Source: Longimicrobiales bacterium (GTDB lineage: Bacteria; Gemmatimonadota; Gemmatimonadetes; Longimicrobiales; Gaopeijiaceae). Taken from it: 64,000 nucleotides of DNA. Within the stretch, counting starts at the first letter, position 1; every line of letters begins with the position of its first letter. Location: positions 4,996-68,995 of the forward strand of contig DATHZE010000048.1 of NCBI GenBank assembly GCA_035458765.1, written 5' to 3'. Positions 42,451 to 52,450 of the stretch are shown piece after piece. The notes beneath the pieces were generated by a model. It did not search any database, was not told where the DNA came from, and worked only from the letters and a program-made list of their open reading frames with translations. A program made the position numbers and the translations under genes.

Positions 42451-43806
42451 GTGTCGCTGCACCTGCCCGCACTTCTCCAGGTAGCCTTGCCCACGGCATC
42501 GCTCCTCAGGCTCCAGGCGCTTCTGGGCATCGGCGTGATCGTCGGTGCCGGCTGGCTCCTGTCGAAGGACCGACGCTCGGTTTCCTGGCGTGTCGTGTTG
42601 TGGGGGTTGGGCCTGCAATTCGCGTTCGCCTGGATCGTGCTCCGGACACCGCTGGGCGTCGCGTTCTTCCAGAGCGTCAGCACCGTGGTGGGAGCCGTGC
42701 TGGGTTATGCGGCGGAGGGAGGCCGGTTCGTCTTCGGCAACCTGGTCTCCGACTACATCCCGGTGGGGCAGGGAGACCCGGGCAACGGCGCGTTCGTGGC
42801 TACGCCCGGGTCCATGGCGCATACAGGAGCTTTCTTCGCGTTTCGCGTCCTGCCCAACATCATCTTCGTGTCCTGCCTCATGACGGTCCTCTATCACCTG
42901 GGCGTGATGCAGCGCGTGGTGAAGGCCGTCGCCTGGATCATGCAGCGGACGCTCCGGACCTCGGGTGCGGAGACGTTGGACGCGGCGTCCAACATCTTCG
43001 TGGGGCTCATGGAGTCGCCCCTGGTGGTGAAGCCCTTCGTGGAGCGTATGACCCAGTCCGAGCTCATGGCCATCATGACCGCCGGCATGGCGACCATCAG
43101 CGGAGGCGTCCTCGCGGCCTACGCGGGCATGATGCTTCCCTACGACCCGGACGCGGCGGGCCACCTCATCGCGGCGTCGGTCATGTCGGCCCCGGCGGCC
43201 TTCGTGCTGGCCAAGCTGCTGGTTCCCGAGACCGGTACCCCGGTGACCGCCGGATCCCTGGACGGCGCCAGCGTGGAGCGCCCGGACGTCAACGTCATCG
43301 ACGCGGCGGCTCGGGGTGCGGCGGAGGGGCTCCGACTGGCGCTCATGGTCGGCGCCATGCTCGTGGCGTTCCTCGCTTTGATCTCGCTTCTCAACGGGGG
43401 GCTGGGGTGGATCGGGCACCTGGTGGGCATCCAGGGGCTCAGCCTCGAGGGGATGCTGGGAAAGGCCCTTGTGCCTGTCGCCTGGCTGCTGGGGATTCCC
43501 TGGTCCGACGCCCATCTGGTGGGGCAGCTCATCGGCCTGGAGTTCGTCCTGAACGAGTTCGTCGCGTTCGCTCGCCTCGAGTCCATCCTGTCCGCCGGCT
43601 CGGCGCTGGAGCCACGCTCCCTCGTGATCACCATCTACGCCCTCACGTCCTTCGCCAACTTCGGCTCGGTGGCCATGACCATCGCGGGGCTCGGGGAGAT
43701 GGCGCCCTCGCGCCGTCATGATCTGGCGCGCCTGGGGCTGAGGGCCATGCTGGCCGGGCTCCTGGCCACGCTGCTGACGGCGGCCGTGGCCGGACTCCTG
43801 GTCTGA
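42451..43806 (+). CDS. nupC: concentrative nucleoside transporter (NupC/CNT family)
   Basis: Conserved C-terminal blocks VLNEFVAF and TSFANFGSVAMTIAGLG, as in E. coli NupC. Multiple TMs. GTG 42451 follows GAGG. The 41851-42450 extension is a shadow. Confidence 0.85.
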   Translation: MSLHLPALLQVALPTASLLRLQALLGIGVIVGAGWLLSKDRRSVSWRVVLWGLGLQFAFAWIVLRTPLGVAFFQSVSTVVGAVLGYAAEGGRFVFGNLVSDYIPVGQGDPGNGAFVATPGSMAHTGAFFAFRVLPNIIFVSCLMTVLYHLGVMQRVVKAVAWIMQRTLRTSGAETLDAASNIFVGLMESPLVVKPFVERMTQSELMAIMTAGMATISGGVLAAYAGMMLPYDPDAAGHLIAASVMSAPAAFVLAKLLVPETGTPVTAGSLDGASVERPDVNVIDAAARGAAEGLRLALMVGAMLVAFLALISLLNGGLGWIGHLVGIQGLSLEGMLGKALVPVAWLLGIPWSDAHLVGQLIGLEFVLNEFVAFARLESILSAGSALEPRSLVITIYALTSFANFGSVAMTIAGLGEMAPSRRHDLARLGLRAMLAGLLATLLTAAVAGLLV

Positions 43807-43816
43807 GGAAGGCACG

Positions 43817-44650
43817 GTGATCGTCGGCGTCGGTACGGTGGCGTTGGACACGGTGGAGACGCCGGCGGGTTCCGTTCGCGACGTTCCCGGAGGGTCGGCC
43901 CTGTACTTCGCCGCGGCCGCCAGCCGGCTCGGGCCGGTGGCGGTGGTGGGTGTGACCGGTGAGGACTTTCCCGACGAACCTCTGGCTCGACTCTCCGCCC
44001 GCGGGGTGGACGTATCCGGCATCGTCAGAGTGGTCGATCCCACCTTCCGCTGGCACGCGCGCTACGACGGCTGGGGCAACCGCCAGGTCCTCTCGGTCCA
44101 CCGCGGCGGCATCGTCCGCAGGTCGCCGGTGGTCCCGACCGCCTTCCGGAACCCGGAAGCCCTGTTCCTGGGCAGCACCGCTCCCGCCGTGCAGAGCGAG
44201 GTTCTCGATCAGTCGGGAGCACCGGGCCTGGTCGTGCTGGACACCATGCCCCACTGGATCGTCGAAGGGCGGACCGACCTGGAAGCGCTCCTCGCCCGGG
44301 TCGACATCCTGCTGGTCAACGAAGAGGAGATCCTGATGCTGGCCGCGGAGTCGGACGAGGCGACGGCCGCTGGAGCGGTCCGATCCCTGGGTCCCAGGTG
44401 GGTCGTGGTGAAGCGTGGAGCCCGCGGCGCGTGCGCGTACGGAGAGAACGCACGCCTCGAGGTGGAGGCCGTGGAGGTGGAGGCGGTGGTCGATCCCACC
44501 GGCGCCGGCGATGCCTTCGCCGGGGGCCTGGTGGCGTCGTTGGCGCGGACTCCCCGCCCGTCCGTCGCGCACATGCGGGAAGCCCTGGGTGTGGGGGCAG
44601 CCATGGGCGCCCGGGCGGTGGGGGCGTTCTCCTTCTCGGGACTGACGTAG
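43817..44650 (+). CDS. PfkB family sugar/nucleoside kinase
   Basis: DPTGAGDAFAGG anion-hole motif. GAGGAAGG SD before GTG 43817. Confidence 0.82.
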   Translation: MIVGVGTVALDTVETPAGSVRDVPGGSALYFAAAASRLGPVAVVGVTGEDFPDEPLARLSARGVDVSGIVRVVDPTFRWHARYDGWGNRQVLSVHRGGIVRRSPVVPTAFRNPEALFLGSTAPAVQSEVLDQSGAPGLVVLDTMPHWIVEGRTDLEALLARVDILLVNEEEILMLAAESDEATAAGAVRSLGPRWVVVKRGARGACAYGENARLEVEAVEVEAVVDPTGAGDAFAGGLVASLARTPRPSVAHMREALGVGAAMGARAVGAFSFSGLT

Positions 44651-44762
44651 CCCAGCCCTCGACCCCCCACCCATGGCGCGAAGCCGCTGCGACCGACACT
44701 CTAGCAACGTTTTTCCGTCCATCCGTCTGGACGTCCGGTCCCTCCCATCAGAGTTGAATCTC

Positions 44763-47700
44763 ATGAAGACCCTTCCCGAAGGCGTGAAGCGTGCGCTCCT
44801 CATCGCCTGCGCCTTGCTCTTGGCCACCGTTTCCGCGCGCGACCTGGCGGCGCAGCGCACCGGTGAGGCGACCGCCGGCGAGCGTCCCCGCTGGGATGTG
44901 ACCCTGCCCCGGGGGGTGACGCGGGAGATCGACTTCACCACCAGCGAGGGGACGCGCATGTCGGTGGATCTCTCGCCCGACGGCACGTGGATCGCCTTCG
45001 ACCTTCTGGGTCACGTCTACCGCATGCCGGTCGCAGGGGGCGAAGCGGAGGCTCTCACGCAGAACAGCGGGGTGGCGCTGAACTTCCAACCCCGCATCTC
45101 TCCCGACGGCAAGTCCATCGCGTTCATCACCGATCGTCGCGGGCAGTACAACCTATGGGTCATGAACGCCGACGGGAGCGCCCCGCGCCCCGTGTTCACC
45201 GATCAGAGCATCACGGCGGTGGAACCGGCCTGGACGCCCGACGGCAACTACATCGTGGTGCGACGGGGAAGCCGGGGAGGCGGTGGAGGTGGTGGAGGTG
45301 GCGGTGGGAACGGGCTCTGGATCTACCACAAGGACGGCGGCACGGGCGTGCAGCTGATCGGCGCACCGGCCGGGGGCCGCGGGGGGGGCGGCGGCAGCAA
45401 TGGGCCGCCCTCCTGGCCCACCGTCTCCCGGGACGGCCGGTACCTGTACTACCAGGTGAACGTATCCGTCGGCGACCGCCAGCCGCTCAGCGGGGCCCAG
45501 CAGATCAAGCGTTTCGAGTTCAGGACGGGCGAGATCGTGGACATCAGCTCGGGTGTGAGCGACGGCGCCGCGGCGGGGCGGAACTCGAGCGGGGGCGCGG
45601 CGGCACCGGAGGTGTCGCCGGACGGTCGGTGGCTGGCGTTCGCCCGCCATATCCCCGACGGCCTGCTGTCCTTCAAGGGACACGAGTTCGGCCCCCGCAG
45701 CGCCCTCTGGCTCCGGGACCTCCAGACGGGCGCGGAACGGCTGCTGATGGATCCCATCGAGCCCATGGTGGCGTCCGGATCCAAGACCATGGGAGTCCTT
45801 CCGCGCTACAAGTGGGCCGGTGACGGCCAGTCGGTGCTGATCACCCAGGGCGGGAAGATCCGGCGCGTGGACGTGGGCACGGGGGTGGTCTCCACCATCC
45901 CGTTCACGGCCAAGGTGCACCGCACGATCTCCGAGATGGCGCGCAAGGAGTTCCGGATTACCGACGACCCGCTGGAGGTCAGGTTCTTCCGTTGGCCCAC
46001 GGCCACGTCGGATGGCGGAAGGCTCGCGTTCCAGGCAGTGGGCAGGATCTACGCCCAGGACGGCGCGACGGGCCAGCCGCGGCGGCTGACGCCGGATTCG
46101 TTCGACCCGCTGGAGTACATGCCGGCATGGAGCCCCGACGGGCGATGGATCGCCTTCGTCAGCTGGGACGACACCACCCGCGGCCACGTTTGGAAGGTTC
46201 CCGCGGCGGGCGGCGCTCCCCAGCGGCTCAGCAGGGAGCCCGGCGACTACGCGAATCCGGTCTGGTCGCCGGATGGCCGGTCGGTGGTGGTCGCGCGCGG
46301 CGAAGGCGCGACGGCCCGGCAGAGGACCATGACCGCCAATGCCTACTTCGATCTCGTGCGCCTGTCGGCCAGCCCGCCGGCCGGAGGCGAAGCCGGCACG
46401 CGGGTCGTCACCATCCCGGGTTCCGGGGTCGCCCGACGGCAGCTGGTGCGCGCGGCCTTTGGGCCCGATGGGCGGATCTTCTATCCGGAGATCCGGGCGG
46501 CGGAGGGCGGCGGCCGGAGCGGGACGTCCATGATGTCGGTGGCCGCCGACGGCGACGACAAGCAGGAGCACCTGAGCTTCCCCGACGCCGAGGAGATCGT
46601 GCCGTCGCCGACCGGTGAGTGGGTGGCGTTCCAGGAGGGTGACAACGTCTACGTGTCTCCGCTGGCCTGGATGGGCCTGGGCGGTGACGCCCTGCGCGTG
46701 GAGAAGCGGCGCGGCGCCCTTCCGGTGACCCAGCTCACGGAGGACGGCGGCTTGTTCCCGCGTTGGCGCGATCGCAACACGCTGGAGTACGGCAGCGGGC
46801 CGCGCTACTACGTGCACCACGTGGACTCGGGCGTCACCGACACCGTCACACTGAAGCTCACGGTGCCCCGCGACGTTCCCCAGGGGACCGTTGCCCTGAC
46901 CGGCGCCCGCATCGTGACGCTCAACGATCGCGAGGTCATCGAGAACGGGACGGTGGTGGTCGACGGAAGTCGGATCGCGTGCGTGGGCGAGTGCAGCCTG
47001 GAGGGCGTCTCCCGGACCATCGACGCTCGGGGGAAGACCATCATTCCGGGCTTCGTGGACATGCACGCCCACCACTACCGCGAGTGGCGAGGCATCCGCC
47101 CCCGCCACGACTACGAGCAGGCGATCTACCTCGCCTACGGCGTGACCACGACGCTGGACGTGTCCATGTGGAGCCAGAACATGTTCCCGACGGCGGACCT
47201 CATCGAGGTCGGTGAGATGATCGGGCCGCGCGGCTTCAGCACCGGAGACAACCAGTCGGGGGGTGACGGTGCCCACACCAACGAAATATCGAACCTGGAC
47301 GACGCCGTAGCGGCCGTGCGTCGCCTCACGGATTGGGGCGCCACGCAGATCAAGCAGTACGCCCAGCCGCGGCGGGACCAGCGGCAGTGGTTCAGTGAGG
47401 CGGCGCGGCAGGTGGGCGTGAACATCACGTCGGAGGGCGGGCCCTTCTTCGAGAACCTGGGCATGATCATGGACGGACAGACCGCATGGGAGCATGCGTT
47501 CAGTGAGGTGCCCATGTACTCCGACGGAGCCAAGTTCCTGGGTCAGGCCCAGGCGACGTATTCGCCGACCCTCGTCGTCGCGGGCCCGTCCGCGTGGAGC
47601 ATCGAGTACTTCTTCCAGGACAGCGACGTCTGGAAGGACCCGAAGCAGCGTAGGTGGTTTCCGTGGCGGATGCTGATCCCCCAGACGCGCACCCGCTGGA

Positions 47701-48170
47701 CGCGTCCGGAGACCGACTACTCGTATCCGCTCATCGCCCAGGCCATGGCGGACGTCATCGCAGAGGGTGGCTTCGGCGCCCTCGGTTCACACGGTGAACA
47801 ACACGGGCTCGCGCCCCACTGGGAGGTCTGGATGGGCGCCAGCGCGCTGGGGAGTCATGGCGCTCTCGAGGTGGCGAGTCTGCATGGCGCCCGATTCCTG
47901 GGGGCCGACAAGGATCTCGGCTCCATCGAGGTGGGCAAGCTCGCCGACCTCGTGGTGCTCAACTCGAACCCCCTGGAGAACATCCGGAACACCATCGACG
48001 CCCAGTACGTCATGAAGGGCGGCAAGCTCTACGATGCCACGTCCCTCGACGAGATCTGGCCCAGGGCGGTCCCGTTCGGGCCGTACTACTGGATCAACGA
48101 GGACGTGCTCAAGACCGATACGATCCCCACGGACGTCTTCGACGGAGTGGGGAGGCCGGGAGGGAACTGA
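44763..48170 (+). CDS. secreted TolB-like (PD40) beta-propeller(s) fused to a C-terminal metal-dependent amidohydrolase
   Basis: Repeated PD40-like S/W-SPDG segments (ISPDGKSIAF, VSPDGRWLAF, WSPDGRWIAF, WSPDGRSVV), then IIPGFVDMHAHH and an amidohydrolase C-terminal region. Signal peptide from ATG 44763. Confidence 0.85.
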   Translation: MKTLPEGVKRALLIACALLLATVSARDLAAQRTGEATAGERPRWDVTLPRGVTREIDFTTSEGTRMSVDLSPDGTWIAFDLLGHVYRMPVAGGEAEALTQNSGVALNFQPRISPDGKSIAFITDRRGQYNLWVMNADGSAPRPVFTDQSITAVEPAWTPDGNYIVVRRGSRGGGGGGGGGGGNGLWIYHKDGGTGVQLIGAPAGGRGGGGGSNGPPSWPTVSRDGRYLYYQVNVSVGDRQPLSGAQQIKRFEFRTGEIVDISSGVSDGAAAGRNSSGGAAAPEVSPDGRWLAFARHIPDGLLSFKGHEFGPRSALWLRDLQTGAERLLMDPIEPMVASGSKTMGVLPRYKWAGDGQSVLITQGGKIRRVDVGTGVVSTIPFTAKVHRTISEMARKEFRITDDPLEVRFFRWPTATSDGGRLAFQAVGRIYAQDGATGQPRRLTPDSFDPLEYMPAWSPDGRWIAFVSWDDTTRGHVWKVPAAGGAPQRLSREPGDYANPVWSPDGRSVVVARGEGATARQRTMTANAYFDLVRLSASPPAGGEAGTRVVTIPGSGVARRQLVRAAFGPDGRIFYPEIRAAEGGGRSGTSMMSVAADGDDKQEHLSFPDAEEIVPSPTGEWVAFQEGDNVYVSPLAWMGLGGDALRVEKRRGALPVTQLTEDGGLFPRWRDRNTLEYGSGPRYYVHHVDSGVTDTVTLKLTVPRDVPQGTVALTGARIVTLNDREVIENGTVVVDGSRIACVGECSLEGVSRTIDARGKTIIPGFVDMHAHHYREWRGIRPRHDYEQAIYLAYGVTTTLDVSMWSQNMFPTADLIEVGEMIGPRGFSTGDNQSGGDGAHTNEISNLDDAVAAVRRLTDWGATQIKQYAQPRRDQRQWFSEAARQVGVNITSEGGPFFENLGMIMDGQTAWEHAFSEVPMYSDGAKFLGQAQATYSPTLVVAGPSAWSIEYFFQDSDVWKDPKQRRWFPWRMLIPQTRTRWTRPETDYSYPLIAQAMADVIAEGGFGALGSHGEQHGLAPHWEVWMGASALGSHGALEVASLHGARFLGADKDLGSIEVGKLADLVVLNSNPLENIRNTIDAQYVMKGGKLYDATSLDEIWPRAVPFGPYYWINEDVLKTDTIPTDVFDGVGRPGGN
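45276..45308 (+). repeat. GGN codon run encoding a poly-glycine loop
   Basis: gga ggc ggt gga ggt ggt gga ggt ggc ggt ggg, inside the TolB/amidohydrolase CDS. A second shorter Gly run lies near 45375-45395. Confidence 0.9.
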
Positions 48171-48211
48171 GGCCACGCCGGGACCCGTGGCAGAGCCACG
48201 ACGTTCCGCTC

Positions 48212-49063
48212 CTAGGATTCGGCCCGCGCGGGCCCTGGTGCGACGGCGGCGCCAGGAGCCCCGCGGCGCCGGCCGAACTCACCGAGGCCTACGAGGACCA
48301 GCGCCAGCAGGAACATGATGGTGCCGATGACGTTGATCTGTGGCGGGATGCCTCGCTGCGCCGCGCCCCACACGAACATGGGGAAGGTCACCGTCTGGCC
48401 TGCGTTGAGGTTCGTGATGATGAAGTCGTCGAACGAGAGCGAAAAGCTCAGGAGCGCGGCCGACAGAATGCCCGGGAATGCCAGCGGGAACGTCACCCGC
48501 CAGAAGGTCTGCCAGTCGTTGGCGTAGAGGTCCGCGGCGGCCTGCTCGAGGTGGGGGTCGAGTCCGCTGAGTCGGGCCTTCACGGTCACCACGACGAACG
48601 ACAGGCAGAACATCACGTGGGCCGTGAGGATGGTCCAGAAACCCAACACGCCGCCGAAGCCCGCGGCGACGAAGAGCGCGAGCAGGGACGAACCCATGAC
48701 GACTTCGGGGGAAGCCATGGGGAGGAAGAGGGCGACGTTGGCCACGGAGCGCCCGCGAAAGCGGTGCCGCACCAGGGCGAACGCCATGAGCGTGCCCAGG
48801 ATCGTGGCTACCAGCGTGGCCAGGAGACCGATCGCGAGGCTCGTCCGCACCGACGAGCACAGCTGGTAGGGGCCGCAGATATCGAGCCAGTTGTTCCAGG
48901 TGAACCCGTCGAACGTGTAGCTCTGTCGGCTCGCCGGCTCGTTGAAGGACATGAGGATGACCACGAGGATCGGCAGCGCCATGTAGAGCAGGACCAGGAT
49001 GCCGTACATCAGCACCAGCCGCTCGCCCAGCCAGCGTCGCGCGCGCGTCAGACCCGCGCTCAT
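48212..49063 (-). CDS. potC: polyamine-type ABC transporter permease (PotC-like)
   Basis: Six-TM binding-protein-dependent permease with EAA-like loop LEQAAADLYANDWQTFWRVTFP. ATGA overlap with potB. Confidence 0.82.
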   Translation of the reverse strand: MSAGLTRARRWLGERLVLMYGILVLLYMALPILVVILMSFNEPASRQSYTFDGFTWNNWLDICGPYQLCSSVRTSLAIGLLATLVATILGTLMAFALVRHRFRGRSVANVALFLPMASPEVVMGSSLLALFVAAGFGGVLGFWTILTAHVMFCLSFVVVTVKARLSGLDPHLEQAAADLYANDWQTFWRVTFPLAFPGILSAALLSFSLSFDDFIITNLNAGQTVTFPMFVWGAAQRGIPPQINVIGTIMFLLALVLVGLGEFGRRRGAPGAAVAPGPARAES

Positions 49064-49965
49064 ACCAGGTCCTCCGTGCCGGCACGCCGCACGTACACCG
49101 CGACGAGCGTGACGATCACGACCATGAGCGTCACCGAGAGCGCGGCGGCCTCGGGGTACGAGCCCGCTGAGAACAGATCCTGGATTTCGTTCCCGATCAT
49201 CCGTGTTCTCGGGGTGCCGAGGAGCTCCGCGTTGATGTAGTCCCCGGCGGCGGGAATGAACGTCAGCAGGGTTCCCGCGACCAGGCCCGGCATGGACAGG
49301 GGCAGGGTGATCCTGCGGAAGGTGTCGAAGGGACTCGCGTAGAGGTCGCCGCCGGCCTCGATGAGCCGTGGGTCCAGCTTCTCGAGGCTGGCGTAGAGCG
49401 GGAGGACCATGAACGGCAGGAAGTTGTAGGTCAGACCCGTCACCACCGCGAACGGCGTCGCCAGCAGGTGGCCGTCGGCGCCGAGGACGTGGAACGCGCG
49501 GAGCACCCCCGCCGCCCAACCGTTGTCCCCCAGGAGCATCTGCCACGCCAGGGTCCGCACCAGGAAGCTGGTGAAGAACGGCGCGACGACCAGGACCAGC
49601 ATGAGGTTCTTCCACCGACCGGACTTGAACGCGATGGCGTAGGCCAGGGGGTACCCGAGGACGACGCACGCGGCGGTCGCCAGGCCCGCGTACCAGAACG
49701 AGCGCCACAATTGCGGGCCGTAGGCCTGGACAGCATCGACGTAGTTCAGCCAGTGGAAGGTCAGGTCGTATCCGTAGAGGATCGAACCGGACGGATCCCA
49801 CAGGCTCGTGGAGATCAAGGTGAAGGTCGGGATCACGAAAAAGATCAGCAGCCAAATCGTGCCAGGCAGGAGGAGGGCATAGCCGAGGAGCCCGCGCCGA
49901 CCCGCCGCTGCCTCCTCCGGACGCGGGGGGGCGACGGCGCCCGTCCGGTCCGGAACCGGACTCAA
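49060..49965 (-). CDS. potB: polyamine-type ABC transporter permease (PotB-like)
   Basis: Permease with loop LIEAGGDLYASPFDTFRRITLP. The only in-frame start before TM1 is TTG 49965, which overlaps the potA stop (TTGA). Confidence 0.8.
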   Translation of the reverse strand: MSPVPDRTGAVAPPRPEEAAAGRRGLLGYALLLPGTIWLLIFFVIPTFTLISTSLWDPSGSILYGYDLTFHWLNYVDAVQAYGPQLWRSFWYAGLATAACVVLGYPLAYAIAFKSGRWKNLMLVLVVAPFFTSFLVRTLAWQMLLGDNGWAAGVLRAFHVLGADGHLLATPFAVVTGLTYNFLPFMVLPLYASLEKLDPRLIEAGGDLYASPFDTFRRITLPLSMPGLVAGTLLTFIPAAGDYINAELLGTPRTRMIGNEIQDLFSAGSYPEAAALSVTLMVVIVTLVAVYVRRAGTEDLV

Positions 49966-51086
49966 CCCGCGTCTCCCGGGTCCGCCCCCGCCGAGGCATC
50001 CTGCGCCGCGTCGAGGAGGAACGTGTGGTCCGGCAGCCAGCGGAGGTCCGCCCTGTCACCGGCACGGAAGGGGCCGCGCGCGCCGGTATTCTGCTCGAAC
50101 ACCACGAACTCCTGTCCCCACGGCGTGCGCGCGAGGTACTGGGTGCTCACGCCGGAGAAGCTCACGTCGGTGATGACGGCCCCCGGGATCACGTTGGACC
50201 CGTCGTCGGTCCCGGAGCCGGAGGGAGCCAGGAAGACCTTCTCGGGTCGCACGCCGACCCACAGGTCCTCCTTCTCCGAGGGCGCCCGGGAGGCGGCGGC
50301 TCGGACCCGGATCCCTCGCACCTCGAGGACGATGGCGGCCCGGTCCCGCTGGACCACCCGGCCCGCTGCCAGGTTCGCCCGTCCCAGGAAGTTGGAGACG
50401 AAGGTGGTCCGGGGGTGCTCGTAGAGCTCCTGGGGATCGCCCATCTGCTCGATCACGCCGCCGTTCATCACCGCGATCGTGTCGGCCATGGTCATGGCCT
50501 CCTCCTGATCGTGGGTGACGTGGACGAAGGTGATGCCCACCTCGGTCTGGATCCGCCTCAGTTCGATCTGCATCTGCCGGCGCAGCTTGAGGTCCAGTGC
50601 GCCCAGGGGCTCGTCGAGCAGGAGGACCTGCGGGCGGTTGATGAGGGCCCGCGCCAGGGCAACGCGCTGCTGCTGGCCGCCGGAGAGTTGGGCGGGACGC
50701 CGGTCGCCCAGGGCGTCGAGCTGCACCAGGTGGAGCATGTCCCGCACCTGTTCGTCGATCCCCGCGACGCCGCGCCGGCGCAGACCGAAGGCGACGTTCT
50801 CGAACACCGAGAGGTGGGGGAAGAGCGCATAGCTCTGGAACACCGTGTTCACGGGCCTGCGGTGGGGCCGCAGTCCCGTGATGTCCGTGTCGCCCAGATG
50901 GATCGAACCTTCGGTGGGCTCCTCCAGCCCCGCGACCATGCGGAGCGTGGTCGTCTTGCCGCACCCTGAGGGTCCGAGCAGCGCGAAGAAGGACCCCCCG
51001 GGGACGGTGAGGTCGAGACGGTCAACGGCGACGAAGGACCCGAAGCGCTTGGTCACGGAGGTCAGAACGAGGTCGGAACCCGCCAT
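49962..51086 (-). CDS. potA: spermidine/putrescine-type ABC transporter ATPase
   Basis: [34 protein letters not shown] (almost identical to the E. coli PotA block), [16 protein letters not shown]-terminal TOBE-like domain. ATG 51086. Confidence 0.9.
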   Translation of the reverse strand: MAGSDLVLTSVTKRFGSFVAVDRLDLTVPGGSFFALLGPSGCGKTTTLRMVAGLEEPTEGSIHLGDTDITGLRPHRRPVNTVFQSYALFPHLSVFENVAFGLRRRGVAGIDEQVRDMLHLVQLDALGDRRPAQLSGGQQQRVALARALINRPQVLLLDEPLGALDLKLRRQMQIELRRIQTEVGITFVHVTHDQEEAMTMADTIAVMNGGVIEQMGDPQELYEHPRTTFVSNFLGRANLAAGRVVQRDRAAIVLEVRGIRVRAAASRAPSEKEDLWVGVRPEKVFLAPSGSGTDDGSNVIPGAVITDVSFSGVSTQYLARTPWGQEFVVFEQNTGARGPFRAGDRADLRWLPDHTFLLDAAQDASAGADPGDAG

Positions 51087-51094
51087 GGCTGATC

Positions 51095-52339
51095 TCAGGC
51101 TCCCATGGCCTGGGTGAAGGCTCGCTCGTAGCGCCGCCGCGTGCCCTCGGAGAGGGCCATGAACGGGTACGTCCCGGACAGGAACGATTCGTCGGGGAAG
51201 ATCAGGGGGTTGTCCACCAGCGTGGGGTCGATGCGTTCCATGGCCTCGCGGGCGCCTTCGACGGGACAGATGTACCTCACCCAGGCGGCGACCCGGGCCG
51301 CGACCTCGGGTTCGTAATAGTAGTCCATGAGCCTTTCGGCATTCGCCCGATGGGTCGCCTTGTTGGGGACGAGCATGTTGTCCGCCCAGATATGCATCCC
51401 TTCTTCGGGCGCGACCCATCTGATGTCGGGATTGCTCTCCTGCAGGCCCATGATATCCCCGGACCATGCCACGCAGGCGACGACGTTCCCCGCGTCCAGG
51501 TCCCGGACGAAGTCGTTGCCCGTAAAGCGGCGGATCTGGCCCGCCGCGACCGCTTCGCGGAGCCGTTCCAGGGCGCGGTCGAAGTCGTCGTCGTCGAAGT
51601 GCGAGGGGTCGGCGCCCCCGATCCGGAGCATGAAACCCATGGTGTCGCTGATCTCGCTGGGCAGGCTCACCTTGCCCCGTAGGTCGCTGCGGGTAAGAAG
51701 CTCCTCCACGCTGCCCACGGCGTCGGTGTACTTCGCGTTGTATGCCAGGCCGGTGAGGCCGCCCTGCCACGGGACGCTGAAGTCCCGGCCGGGGTCCCAG
51801 GCCGGGGACCGCAGTCGGGAGAGGAGGTGCGCCTCCACGTTGGGCAGGCGGGCCCGGTCGAGCTTCTGGATCCAGCCCAGCTCCACCATGCGGGACGCCG
51901 CCCAGTCCGTGACCACGATGAGGTCCCGCCCGGTCGGTTCGCAGGCCGCGAGCTGGTCACGGACCTTGGCGAAGAACTCGGCATTGTCGTTGATGTCCGT
52001 GTTGTAGAGGACCTCGATGCCCGTCGCCCGTTCGAAGTCCCGGAGGGTCGGGATCACCGTGGTCCGCCGGCCGTCCACCATGTCCGTCGACTCGTCGATG
52101 TACATGGGCCAGTTGGAGAACGTCAGCACCCGCTCCGTATCGGACATGTCCTCGGTAGGGCAGGACTCGGGGGTCTGACGCGCTCCTGGGGTACCGCAGG
52201 CCGTGAGGAGCGAGGGGGCGCCCAGGGCGAGCACCGAGATGGACGCACTGCGGAGGAAACCCCGGCGGGTGGGCCCAGTGGCTCCATCGGGAGACGGCAC
52301 GACCAGGTGCCCATCTCCCATGGAGGAGCGCTGGGTCAT
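51095..52339 (-). CDS. potD: polyamine-type ABC transporter substrate-binding lipoprotein (PotD-like), Tat signal
   Basis: RRGFLRS twin-arginine motif, lipobox LLTACG. AGGAGG SD. First gene of the potD-A-B-C block. Confidence 0.82.
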   Translation of the reverse strand: MTQRSSMGDGHLVVPSPDGATGPTRRGFLRSASISVLALGAPSLLTACGTPGARQTPESCPTEDMSDTERVLTFSNWPMYIDESTDMVDGRRTTVIPTLRDFERATGIEVLYNTDINDNAEFFAKVRDQLAACEPTGRDLIVVTDWAASRMVELGWIQKLDRARLPNVEAHLLSRLRSPAWDPGRDFSVPWQGGLTGLAYNAKYTDAVGSVEELLTRSDLRGKVSLPSEISDTMGFMLRIGGADPSHFDDDDFDRALERLREAVAAGQIRRFTGNDFVRDLDAGNVVACVAWSGDIMGLQESNPDIRWVAPEEGMHIWADNMLVPNKATHRANAERLMDYYYEPEVAARVAAWVRYICPVEGAREAMERIDPTLVDNPLIFPDESFLSGTYPFMALSEGTRRRYERAFTQAMGA

Positions 52340-52450
52340 GGGGCTTCCTCCTGCACGGCGGGGGCGTGGGTGCGGACCGCACGGTAGGCGGCAGGGCGGT
52401 GAGCGGCAAGGGCGATGAAGGACGCCGACCGGGGTCGCCCCCGCCGGCTT

